In this document: one piece after another, positions 34,093-43,897 of the stretch
Position numbering within the stretch: position 1 is the stretch's first letter
Layout of the letters: each line of letters begins with the position of its first letter
From: Vicinamibacterales bacterium
Lineage (GTDB): Bacteria; Acidobacteriota; Vicinamibacteria; Vicinamibacterales; UBA8438
DNA: 64,000 nucleotides
Assembly: GCA_965222905.1 (NCBI GenBank)
Contig: OZ244976.1
Coordinates: forward strand, 7,301,261 to 7,365,260
Direction: 5' to 3'
Notes under the pieces: generated by a model
Told to the model about the DNA's origin: nothing
The model's database searches: none
Seen by the model: only the letters and a program-made list of their open reading frames with translations
Made by a program: the position numbers and the translations under genes

Positions 34093-34339
34093 CTCGGCAA
34101 TGCTGGGCACGAGAGGATGATGCGGGACGTGCGACTTGGCAGGGCCGGAGGGCCGCAGCATGGCAGCCTGAGCGTGGCGTCGGATCAGATAAGCGTGCCT
34201 TTCTGAAGCGCGAGAACGACCATCTGAAACAGCAGTTGGCGACCGAGCGCCGGGCCGGGCGCCGGCAAGCGTCCCGTTCGCCAAGGACCGGCCGCAGGGT
34301 CGCGGTGGTCGTCCCGGACGGCGGCCCGGTGCGCGCTAC

Positions 34340-34694
34340 GGCCGGCTTCAAGGCGGCCCATCCGGCCATCGCCATCGAGCTCGAGACCAACCATCGCGGC
34401 GTCGACCCCGACAGCCGCGACTTCGACGCCTGGTTCGCCTACACCGGCGAGACCGCGGCGCTCCACGGAATCGGAGCCGTCGTCGGGCGCCCGATGCTGA
34501 TCGCGCGGGAGCTGGAGCGCAGAACCCTGGTCCCCGTGTTCGACCGCCAGATCGAGGCGCCCGAACGCTGCTGCCTCATCACCACGGCTGCAGCCCGCCA
34601 GCGGCCCGAGGTCCAGGCGTTTCGCGAATGGGTGCTGCGCGAGGCCGAGATCGCTGGCCGCCCCGCTGCGGCCCTCGTCGGGCGTCAGCCGTGA
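34340..34694 (+). pseudogene. LysR (GcvA-like) substrate-binding domain fragment
   Basis: 'FKAAHPAIAIEL...FD', 'G.GAVVG..MLIARELERRTLV', 'VQAFREWVL'; no HTH. Confidence 0.6.
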
Positions 34695-34737
34695 CCCGGC
34701 GCCGAGACGACCGGGCCGCACCCGCTTCGTCCGCTCG

Positions 34738-35793
34738 TCAGCGCCGCGCGGTCCCACGGGCGTCGCCGAGCCAGGCATCGAGCTCGTCCGCGTAGGCGAA
34801 GATGGCCGGCAACCCGCCGGTATGGACGAAGACCACCCGGCTGCCCGCCGCGATGCGCCCCGCCCGTGCATGGGCGATCAGGCCGGCCATCGCCTTGCCC
34901 GTGTACACCGGGTCGAGCAGCAGCCCTTCGAGCCGCGCCGCCATCGCGATCGCCTCGCCGACCGCGTCGTTGAGCCGGCCGTAGCCGGGCGGGTGCACCT
35001 CGTCGCACAGATCGATGTCTTCTGCATCGAACACGTCCGAGCACCCGATCATCATCCCGAGCTCGGCCGTGCGCCGCAAGACCCGGACCTGCTGTTGCAG
35101 CGCGTCGCGCCGCACGCAGATGCCGTGCACCCGCATCCTCTCGCCCAGCACCCGCAGACCCGCGAGCGTGCCGGCATGGGTGAGACCGCTGCCCGAGGCG
35201 CAGACCGCCGCGTCGAACCCGACGCCGCGCGCCGCGGCCTGCTCCAGCATCTCGCGCGCCGCCAGAACGTAGCCGAGGCCGCCGAGAGGCGGGTGGTCGA
35301 TGCCGAGGTGAATCACGTACGGCCTGCAACCCGCCCCCGAAAGCGATCGCGCGAGCTCGTCCAGCGCCGCATCCGCCGCCGTCTCGTCTTCTCCCTCCGG
35401 AAACGAGTGCACCGTTGCCCCCAGCAACCGTTGGAGCAGCACGTTGCCCGAGCGGCGGTAGAGATCGTCGGCCTGCGGCACGCGTTCCTCGAGTTGAACG
35501 TGGATGTCCATCCCGAGCTTTCGTGCGCCCGCGGCAGCGAGGCGGGCGAAGTTCGACTGCACGGCCCCGGTGATGAGCACGGTGTCGGCGCCTCGCGCCT
35601 GCGCCTCGCCGAGGTAGAACTCGAGCTGGCGTACCTTGTTGCCGCCCGAGGCGAGACCCGTGCAGTCGTCGCGCTTGATCCACAGCTCGATCCCAAGGGC
35701 CGCACCGAGGTTCGGCGCCGGGTCGAGCGGCGTCGGCGCGTGACCGAGCCGGACTCTCGGGAACCGGTCGACGGCGGCAAGGGGGCTGGACAT
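34738..35793 (-). CDS. D-cysteine desulfhydrase / ACC deaminase family PLP enzyme
   Basis: 'IKRDDCTGLASGGNKVRQLEF', 'QSNFAR', 'LLDPVYTGKAM', 'FVHTGG'. Confidence 0.92.
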   Translation of the reverse strand: MSSPLAAVDRFPRVRLGHAPTPLDPAPNLGAALGIELWIKRDDCTGLASGGNKVRQLEFYLGEAQARGADTVLITGAVQSNFARLAAAGARKLGMDIHVQLEERVPQADDLYRRSGNVLLQRLLGATVHSFPEGEDETAADAALDELARSLSGAGCRPYVIHLGIDHPPLGGLGYVLAAREMLEQAAARGVGFDAAVCASGSGLTHAGTLAGLRVLGERMRVHGICVRRDALQQQVRVLRRTAELGMMIGCSDVFDAEDIDLCDEVHPPGYGRLNDAVGEAIAMAARLEGLLLDPVYTGKAMAGLIAHARAGRIAAGSRVVFVHTGGLPAIFAYADELDAWLGDARGTARR

Positions 35794-35856
35794 GACGGAG
35801 GCGGACTCGGCCGGGCTCGGACGTGGAGCACGATCAGACGCGCGTAATCCCATCCA

Positions 35857-37018
35857 GTAGAGTCGACGACTGGCGCGGTGGCGGTAGGCGGATGGGGGTA
35901 GCTGTTTCCGGCGGCTTTCGCAATGCCGGTGCCTCACTCCCCGCCGTGGCTCCGTTTCCAGTCGCCGCTCATCGAACCGGACGGGCGGTTTTCCCGCATC
36001 CGGCTCTCGGACGAGATCATGCCTTCGCCCACGGAAAGCTCGTCGTACGCGGTCCAAGGTGCGTTAGCCCGTAGTCGATCCACAGCCGCTCGTCCGGGAA
36101 GCGCACGGATTTCCCGGACCGTACCTTGTGCTTGCGACAGAGCCACTGGCGCAGCCGCCGGGTGGCGTGCTGGTCGATTGCTGCGTAGGCCGGGCTGACC
36201 TGACCCAAGGTGAAGTAGTTCGCCCAGCCGGTCAGCAACCGGTTGATGCGACCCACCACGACCTCGGGTTCCAGAAGCCCGTAACGCGACGCGGTCAGCT
36301 CACTCACGCGACGGCAGATGCTCTGGACGCTCGCCGGGCTCGGGCGGGTGCCGATGTAGGCGCGGCCCGTATCCCGACGGTAGTTGCGTCCAATCCGGTA
36401 GCCGAGGAACGTCATCGACTCCTCCGGCACCCGGCAGCAGCGGGTCTTCTCGGCGTTGATGGGCAACTTCAGACGCTTCAGCAGGCCTTCGACCGCCGAC
36501 CGCATTGCTGCCGCCGGCGCCTTGCCGAGCACCGCGAAGTCGTCCGCGTAGTTGACGATTTCCGCCTCGAAGCGCCGGGCATAGCCCAACACCTTCCAAC
36601 CCAGAATGAAGCGACGCATGTAGATGTTGCTGAACAGCGGCGAAATCGGTGACCCTTGCGGGGTCCCTTTCCGCTCACGACGCGCCCGGTTCGTGAGGCG
36701 GCGTCCGCCGTGACCGTCGTCATCTTCTACCGCCATCTCCAGCCATGCCTTGACCCACCCCAACAGCCGCCCGTCGCTCACGCGCCGGGCGATGGACCGC
36801 AGCAGGTCGGCGTGCGGGATTTGGCCGAAGTAGTCTGACAAGTCGGCGTCAACCACCTCCTCGTGGCCCGTATTCAGCAGCCGGTGCACGCGCTTGACCG
36901 CGCCGTGCGCGTGTCGGCCCGGCCGATAGGCGTACTGCTCCGGTTGCAGGTCGGCTTCGAAGATAGGCGACAACACCAGCATCGCCGCCGTCTGCGCCAC
37001 CCGGTCCCGGAGGCACGG
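35857..37018 (-). mobile_element. Group II intron A, 3' half (RT C-terminal part, DV, DVI, 3' end ...ACTCTAC)
   Basis: DV 'GAGCCGGATGCGGGAAAACCGCCCGTCCGGTTC' just downstream of the RT stop; long DVI ending in AC at 35857. Confidence 0.9.
36017..37018 (-). pseudogene. ltrA: Group II intron RT/maturase, 5'-truncated at the GxP motif (class F/G-like by recall)
   Basis: 'LRDRVAQ', 'YAYRPGR', 'DADLSDYF..IPH', 'GTPQGSPISPLFSNIY', YADD, thumb 'GWANYF'. Confidence 0.9.
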
Positions 37019-37076
37019 GACGCCGGCTTCATAATGCACCTCCTGCAGCACGGCTTCGGGATTCTCGTGCGACCGT

Positions 37077-39119
37077 TCAAATTCTCGAGGAGTTTCGGAC
37101 CCAGGCGCGCAATGTCTCCTTTTTGTCGTCGTCGAAGGCGATCCAGTACGGCGAGCCGTGGTTAGGTCGTCGAGCCGTGACTACGCCGCGGTCGATCCAG
37201 TAGTAGACCACATTGCGGCTGACGCCGAGTTCGTCGGCGACCTGACGGACGCTGCGCTCGCCGGGGCGCTTGAAGTCGGGAGCCGGAATCCGGTGCTTGT
37301 GGCGGATCCAACGGACCATCGAGACGTTGAATGCCCCGCCTTTGGCGCTCCGGCGACCCTCCCGGTTCAGCGCTGCTGCGACCTGCTCGTCGGAGCGCTC
37401 GCGAGCCAGCTCGCGCACCCGGTCGACGACCTCGTCGGGATACCGGAGGCGATCGGCAATGTTGGCGGGCAGCGTAACCTCGAGGTCTTCGCAGGCCCCA
37501 CCCTGCCACCGGACATGCAAGATGGCGGTCTTGCGTTCGCCGAACCGCTCGACGGTGATGTCCTTGATCACGAGCCGGAGGATGCGCTTCTTGTCCTTCG
37601 CCTTGGTCGTGGGCGCGTTCCACAGGCGGGGGAAGTCGTGGGCGAGCGCCGCCACCCGGGCGCGCTGCTCCGGCGTGACCACGAGCGCTTCCTTGCTCTG
37701 AAAGTCAGCAAACTGCGTCCTGACCTCTTCGAGCCGCACCAGGGCGTCGTTCCAGCGCTGCTCGAGCGTCGCGGCCACGAGGCGATTCGACGGATCGACC
37801 TCCTCGTAGCGGCGCTGGGCCAACTGCGCTTCGTACTCGGCTCGTTCCAGGCGCATGCGCCATTGGCCGGACATCGCCTTGTCCCGGTGTTCGAGCTGCC
37901 GTAGCGCTTCCTCGGCGACCTCGAGCTCGGCAGGTTCGAGCACCGCCAGCATCCGCTCCGAGACCGCGGTGTCCAGCAGGTCGCAACGCAGGCTCATGCA
38001 GCTGGTGGTCGCCACTCCTTCGCGCCGCCGCGCGTTGCATTCGTAGGTCGGGTAGATGCCGCCGTTGCCCTTGTAGCGGACGGTCAGTCGGCGACCGCAG
38101 CGCCCGCACAGCAGCAGGCCTTGGAGCAGTGCGAGTCCTTCCCGCGCGGCGCCGCTCAAGAGCATGTGCTCGGCATTGGTACGGTTGTTCTCGAGCAGCT
38201 GCTGGTTCCGCTCGTACTCCGGCCAGGAGACATAGCCGTCGTGGTGATTCTGGATCCGCACGAGCCAGGCGTCCAGCGGGACGCAGCGCGTGCGCATGCG
38301 GACGTCGCCTTCGGGGGAAACCTCCTTCGTGCTCTGGTGACGCCCGAAGACATACGCCCCGGCATACGTGGGGTTCTTGAGAATGTCGAGCACGCGGTTG
38401 TGGTTCAGCCGACCCCAGATGAGTCTGCCGTCCCACGCCCCGCCGTAGGCGCGCTTCGGGAACCGCAGTTGCTGTCGGCCGAAGTGGTGCACGACCGCGT
38501 AGGCGCTGCCCGTCTGGCGGAAGACCTCGAAGACCAGCCGGACAGCGCCCTGGACCTCCTGGTCCGGATCGAGCACGATGCGCCCCTCGTCGGCGTAGCA
38601 CAGGCCGATCGGCAACGGGAAGCGGAGCTCACCCTTCTGGGCCTTGTGGAGCTTGCCGCCCTGGAGGCGCGCGCGAATGACGTGCAGCTCGGCCTGGGCG
38701 ATGGTGGCCTTGAGGCCCAACAGCAGCGCGTCGTTGAAGTCCGCCGGGTCGTAGCAGCCGTCCTCGTCGATGACCAGCGTCCGGGTCAGCGCGCAGATCT
38801 CGATCAACCGATGCCATTCCAGGTTCGAGCGGGCCAACCGTGAGGCTTCCAGGGCAAAGATCGCGCCGACGCGGCCCAGCGACACATCGGCGACCAGCGT
38901 CTTGAAGTCCTCGCGGTTGGTCGTCTGCGCCCCCGACTGCCCGAGGTCCTGGTCGAGGATCCGGATTCGCTCCGGCGCCCACATCATCTCGACGGCCCGG
39001 TTCCGCAGGTCGTACTGCCGCTCGGTACTCTCCTGGTGATGGCGCACCTGCCCCATCGTCGACTGCCGGATATAGATGTAGGCCGGCTTCTGCAGGTGGT
39101 GGCTCTGTACTTTCGACAT
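37077..39119 (-). CDS. Large serine recombinase (resolvase + recombinase + Zn ribbon + coiled coil + C-terminal HTH)
   Basis: 'YIYIRQST' catalytic Ser, 'DLGQSG', 'EASRLARS', 'ILKNPTYAG', 'LLQGLLLCGRCG'. Confidence 0.93.
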   Translation of the reverse strand: MSKVQSHHLQKPAYIYIRQSTMGQVRHHQESTERQYDLRNRAVEMMWAPERIRILDQDLGQSGAQTTNREDFKTLVADVSLGRVGAIFALEASRLARSNLEWHRLIEICALTRTLVIDEDGCYDPADFNDALLLGLKATIAQAELHVIRARLQGGKLHKAQKGELRFPLPIGLCYADEGRIVLDPDQEVQGAVRLVFEVFRQTGSAYAVVHHFGRQQLRFPKRAYGGAWDGRLIWGRLNHNRVLDILKNPTYAGAYVFGRHQSTKEVSPEGDVRMRTRCVPLDAWLVRIQNHHDGYVSWPEYERNQQLLENNRTNAEHMLLSGAAREGLALLQGLLLCGRCGRRLTVRYKGNGGIYPTYECNARRREGVATTSCMSLRCDLLDTAVSERMLAVLEPAELEVAEEALRQLEHRDKAMSGQWRMRLERAEYEAQLAQRRYEEVDPSNRLVAATLEQRWNDALVRLEEVRTQFADFQSKEALVVTPEQRARVAALAHDFPRLWNAPTTKAKDKKRILRLVIKDITVERFGERKTAILHVRWQGGACEDLEVTLPANIADRLRYPDEVVDRVRELARERSDEQVAAALNREGRRSAKGGAFNVSMVRWIRHKHRIPAPDFKRPGERSVRQVADELGVSRNVVYYWIDRGVVTARRPNHGSPYWIAFDDDKKETLRAWVRNSSRI

Positions 39120-39282
39120 CGTCAGCACCACCCTCGATCAGTTCCTGACGGGTGTGGGACGGAAGCGCGTGCCCGCTCGTCGCAGCGGCCGCGCGCTCGG
39201 AAGCGATCCAGCACTGCAGCATGTTCGCGGTCAACAGGCCGGCGGTCTGGACATCGACGGGCACGGCGGCCGCCATCTGCAT

Positions 39283-39627
39283 TCAGTCGATCGGCTCCCG
39301 ACGTCGCAGCAGCTCGAGGTTGATCGCGGCGATCTCGTCGAGGAGCTGTCGCGTCCGGCGGTAGTTGGCGACGAACTGCTCGACCTGGCTGCGATGCTCC
39401 TGCGGCACGTAGACCATGACCGGTCGCGCCTTCGGCATGCTGACCGACAGGTACAGCTTCGGACCGTGGCCGATACCGCGCGCGCACTTGCACCCTGGTC
39501 GTCCGCAGCGCTTGAAGCGTTCGATGAGCGAGCCGCGCAGGATGGCCTTCAGGGACGGGAGCTGCCGCAGCAGCATTGTCCGGCGCCTCCGTAACGTACT
39601 CGCCAAGCGTGTTTTCAGACCAGTCAT
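39283..39627 (-). CDS. DUF6788-like protein
   Basis: 'LRGSL....RCGRPGCKC..G.GHGP..YLS...YVP'. Confidence 0.75.
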   Translation of the reverse strand: MTGLKTRLASTLRRRRTMLLRQLPSLKAILRGSLIERFKRCGRPGCKCARGIGHGPKLYLSVSMPKARPVMVYVPQEHRSQVEQFVANYRRTRQLLDEIAAINLELLRRREPID

Positions 39628-39657
39628 ACAACTGGTCTGATACTACACCTCTCGACC

Positions 39658-39976
39658 TCATTTGGGAAGCCCTCGGTCGTCGGCCTGCTCCAAGGCCGCC
39701 AACAGCTCGGTCAGCGCGATGAGCTTCACGAAATCGAGGACATGAGCGCCGCTCGCAAGATCCGCCGCCGCGGCCGGAACCTCTCGATCCGTCCACTCGC
39801 GGGGCACGCAGAACGTACCTCCGGAGGTGCCCTGCAGAATGAGCGTGTCGATGCCGGAGACGCGGCGCGTCTTCAGGATCGGAAACCGCCGACCCCGGAG
39901 TGGATGAAACGGGTGGGTGATCTCAGTCCACCCCGACGGCTCGTTGGGGCGATGTGCAGTTCGCGATGACCGTGGG
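39658..39976 (-). CDS. DUF5372 (Y4bD/Y4pK-like) protein with no start codon ahead of the conserved motif inside the integrated element
   Basis: 'ITHPFHPLRGRRF', 'VPREWTD'; frame is open up to the att junction. Confidence 0.7.
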
Positions 39977-40765
39977 AATGCCCAAGCGGCGCTCGCTTCC
40001 GTCCTTCTTCGGTATCCCAACCGACCGGACCGGAGGCGGGAAGTACGTGCCCGACGACATCCGATTCCAAATCTTGTAGAGATTGTTCTTCAGGTCCTGC
40101 TCGAACATCTCGACAGACTCAGCATCGACGCCAGCTGCTCCGTGGTTCGCCTTGACCCGAGTGTAGGCCTCCCAAACCACCCACTTGGAAATATTGAACG
40201 GCTTCGCGTGGCTCGACGGCTCCTCCCGCGCGCGCGGTTGACCGTCGGGACACGCAGGATGACGCGACCCCTTTGCTCCATCGAGTTTCCCCGACTTCAT
40301 CGCTCGTACGGGTCGCTCCGCCCCTGTGCCTCGCATCGGGCTTCTCATCCTTGGGGGTCGGCCCCTTGGATTTCTCCCTTCACATCGAGGCGACAGGTTC
40401 CCACGTTCCACACAAGGGCCTGGTGCAGGGTCACGCCACCTTTATGCCGGGTGCCGCCCAGCCAAGCTGCAGGCTCCCGCTGGACTTGTCCCGGGTTAAC
40501 GACTCGCCCCGGTTTCGACACCGTCCCTACGCTTTCGACACGTTGCCGGTGGTTCATACACTTCGTCTCCCTGTACCCTACCTGACGCGGTCAAGCCGCG
40601 CCGTTTCCGTGACGCTTACCACCTCGGCTCTTGACCGAAGCAGCGCACGGCGGTTTGAAGCCTCCCCCTGCCGGGCGGCTCCGAGGGGCCTGCCCTCATC
40701 CCTCATGCAGCATGGCTGCAGCTAGGTGGCCATCTCGGCCTCCTTTCCGCGCCTTCGTGGCGCAC
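39975..40765 (-). mobile_element. Group II intron B (class D, RmInt1-like), 5' half
   Basis: 5' GTGCG at 40765; RT N-terminus 'KPFNISK..VWEAY..VKAN.GAAGVD...NLYKIWNRMSSGTYFPPPVR' at 40216-39975; expected start codon reads TCG after GGAGG. Confidence 0.88.
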
Positions 40766-41525
40766 AATCATCGGCGTAACGCACGATGATAGTGTCCCCC
40801 GTAGCCTTTCGGGCGCGCCACTTCTTCTGGAACCAGAGGTCGAGGACATAGTGCAGGTAAACGTTGGCGAGGATGGGTGAAACCACCGCGCCTTGCGGCG
40901 TTCCCTGCAGGTCGTCCTTCCACTCACCATCTTCCATGACGCCGGCGTTCAGCCACTTGGTAATCAGCCGGAGTACCCGTTTGTCCCCTATTCGGTCCTC
41001 GAGAAACCGCAACAGGTGGTCTCGTGAGAGCCGGTCGAAGAACGCCCGGATGTCCGCATCGATTATCCAGTTGACCTTATGCCGTGCAATCCCGAAAGCC
41101 AGGGCGTCAAGCGCATCGTGCGCCCCGCGCCCCGGTCGGAACCCGTAGCTGAACCCGAGAAACTCCGGCTCGTAAATCGGCGTCAGGATTACATCCACTA
41201 CCGCCTTCTGGACGATCTTGTCCTCCAGGGCAGCAATGCCGAGCGGTCGTGTCCCGCCGTCCGGTTTGGGTATTTCAACCCGCCGCGACGGCAGCGCCCG
41301 ATACGCTCCCGTGTGTACGCGTCCGTGCAGGTCGAGCAACCGCTCTTCCAGTCCGTCCTCGTACTCCTTCCACACCAGACCATCCACGCCAGCCGATGCG
41401 GTCTTCTGTAAATCGTAGAAGGCGCACCGCAGCGCGGCCGTCGTGATGTGGTGCAAGAGCGCAGTCAGTTTCTCCTGCGGCTTTCTCGTTGCAGCTTGCC
41501 GTATCCGCTCGACCGCCTGTGACAC
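40766..41525 (-). pseudogene. ltrA: Group II intron RT (class E-like), cut immediately after YADD
   Basis: 'TALLHHI', 'RPLGIAALEDKIVQ', 'GTPQGAVVSPILANVYLHYVLDLWF', 'IVRYADD'. Confidence 0.9.
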
Positions 41526-41643
41526 GCTCTCCCGACCCTGCGTCCGGTACGTGCTTTGGTCTTGCGAATTCCCCTTGGTTGAGGCCCTTCCCTCCAGCAG
41601 CTCCGCAGGTGCTGTCGCTCCCTTGTTCGCCGCTTTCATCGGT

Positions 41644-42483
41644 GTCGGGTCGGAGGAGGCGCGCCCCGCGGGCGCTGGCCTCCGTCCGCCGCTCAAACGG
41701 TACGTGCGGTTTTCCCGCATACCGCTTTCACGAAGACGTCTTCGCGTGATGAGGACCGATGGAGGAATCAAAGAGTGGACCCTCCTCCGGCCCGTCGGGT
41801 TCAGCCAGTCGGCAAGTCTCCTCGGTCGCTGATGTTGGGGTCTTTCACTCATGGAACTGTCCACCTCAGCGCCCTTGCTCATCTCACCGTCCTGTCTGGT
41901 CCCGACCGTCTTCGCCGGCCGCCTTCCCCAACCCACTCGGTTGCCGCCCCCTGACGGTCACGCGGCTTTCACCGCGCTTCAGGTACTATTCGGCCGTCCG
42001 ACTCCTCGACGAGCATCCCTTCCCACTTCGCTCTCGCTTATAGGGTCAGTTGCCGCGGCGCCACCCGCGGACCCGCCGAGGTCTCCCAGGGTCACGCACT
42101 GGTCTTCCATACCGTGCCGCCCGCAAACACCTTGGTGCGGTGGGTGGATGAGATCGCCTTCGCCTCTGTAGTGCAGGCTCGACCTTGCCCCACCTTTGGC
42201 CGACCGGTTCGTCATGGGGTCGCCCCCTCGACTACGGCCCGGTACTGCTCCGCAAACCCTTCGGACCCCACCTCACGGTGGGCGCCCTGTCCTCCGCAGT
42301 TCCGTCGTGGCGGCTCCAGGTCCACCTTGGCTGTGTCCAGCTTTCGCCTGCGTGCCCGTCTAGGTATCTCCATACCTGCCACCTGCGGCCGGCGAGGCAT
42401 TACCCCCGCCTTTGGATACGGCCCCCCTCATCCGGGGGCCGGAGGGACTTCAACCCTCCTGACCAGTGCGCTGCCTGGCGCAC
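41644..42483 (-). ncRNA. ORF-less group II intron D, copy 1 (840 nt)
   Basis: GTGCG start; DV 'AAGCGGTATGCGGGAAAACCGCACGTACCGTTT'; end ...GACCCGAC; removal restores host DIII 'GAGGCAGTAGT|ACCGATG'. Confidence 0.9.
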
Positions 42484-42877
42484 ACTACTGCCTCATCCGA
42501 CTTCTTCATTCCGTGCACCATCGGATACGGAATCCTCCTTCCCTCTGCGGCCCCGGTCCGACTGCCGGGGCAGAATGAAGACCTCCCAGGTCCCAACGAA
42601 GGACGTACGGACGTGCCTGGGTTCTTTGACACCGTGGAGCCCTCCATCACCTCACCTGTCCCGGCGATGTCGGTGTGGCCTTCGACCGCGTTGATAGTCT
42701 CGGCGCTCCAGACCTGCATGTTTTCGATGCTCAATAGCCCTGCCCGTCCGCGCCCCTGTCAACGCTTCACCTGCCGCCTCACAGCGACCGGTGCATGACT
42801 CGGGGTGAAGGTGGTCGGTTACTCCTTCCTTCCGCCGGACTTTCACCGGCCATCCTCCGCCAGTTTGCCTGGCGCAC

Positions 42878-43897
42878 CAACGCTTTCTGCGCAGCACGCT
42901 TCTCCGGCGGCGTCTCGCCCGTCTTCTTGTCCTGCCAGCAGCGACGGCCGCGCTCCGGCTCCGATACGTGACTCCGAACCCCTACCTCGCCGAGCCCCAC
43001 CAACGTCTCGTCGCTGTGATAGCCCTTGTCGGCCACCACCTCTTCGACCCCCGCGCCCTCCGGCTGCACCGCTTCAACCTGTTCGGCCGCCATGATCAGC
43101 GTCTCCGGCAGCGTGGCCGTATCACCGTCCGATGCATCCTGCACCGTCACCGAGACGATGGCGCCCGTGTCCATGTCGACCCCGTGCTCGGCCTTGTGAG
43201 CCAAGTGCGTCCGACCGTCCTTCATCTTCGCGATCTTCGCGTCAGGATCCTGCGGCGATTTCCACTCCTTGTTCGACGTCTTCTTGTTCTTCCGAGACCG
43301 GTCGAACCGAGCCAGCTCCGCCCGCGTCGGCGTCTCCACACCCGACGCTTCCGCCAACCGCCGAATGAACGCCTCGTAGGATTCGCCCGTGTCCCGACGC
43401 TCGATGCTCCGCATCGCCGCGTTCGCTTCCAGCGTCGTCGCATCGATGCCGACCGTCTTCCCGACGACCAGACCCGCTTCAGACAGGCGCTCCAGAACCC
43501 ACGTGAAGACCGCCTCGTGCGTCTCCACGTCGATCAACCGGCGCGTCCGCGACAACGTCGAGTGATCCGGCGCCGACTCGGTCAACTCCAGGTCCAGGAA
43601 CGACCGCAGGCTCAGTGAATCGGCCACCCGCCACGCAATCCCCCGCTCCGAAGACAGGCCCTCGAAGTAGCCGATCAACAGCATCCGGAAATACCGCCCA
43701 GGACGCAGACTCGGCCGGCCCATCCGCGCCGCGTAGAAGGCCGAGCACAACCCTTCCACGAACGCGTCGAACCCGCAGTCCTCCAGGACCCGATTCAGGC
43801 GCTCGAAGAAGGGATGACCGTCGCTCGTCGGAAGGTCCGCCGTTTCCACCCACATCGGCGCCGCCTGTCGCGCCGCCGGTCTCTTGCCCATCGCCAT
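42878..43897 (-). pseudogene. IS1182/IS5-like DDE transposase (DUF772 N-terminus), interrupted by intron C; IS end near 43965
   Basis: 'GRPSL.P..YFRMLLIGYFEG..SER', 'PDHSTLSR', 'IDAT', 'VADKGY'. Confidence 0.85.

Larger units (their letters stand above)
37019..39976 (-). mobile_element. Large serine recombinase integrative element inserted in group II intron RT sequence
   Basis: Both junctions fall in the Pro codon of the RT G-I/V-P motif; rejoined ends give GTGCA...(21)-CC-(21)...TGCAC. Confidence 0.85.
40766..42877 (-). mobile_element. Group II intron C (class E-like), 5' part, interrupted in DIII and at YADD
   Basis: 5' GTGCG at 42877; EBS1 CAACGC (42693-42688) perfectly complementary to 5' exon GCGTTG. 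Confidence 0.88.

Noticed and set aside
38629-39282. 217-aa ORF overlapping the recombinase
   Set aside because: Only the first ~55 codons are intergenic and may be a small real gene; the rest is an alternative frame with no recognisable motif.
36017-40216. One RT gene simply split by the LSR element
   Set aside because: The join is in frame, but the N-half is RmInt1-like (class D) and the C-half lacks class D features; treated as chimeric pending phylogeny.
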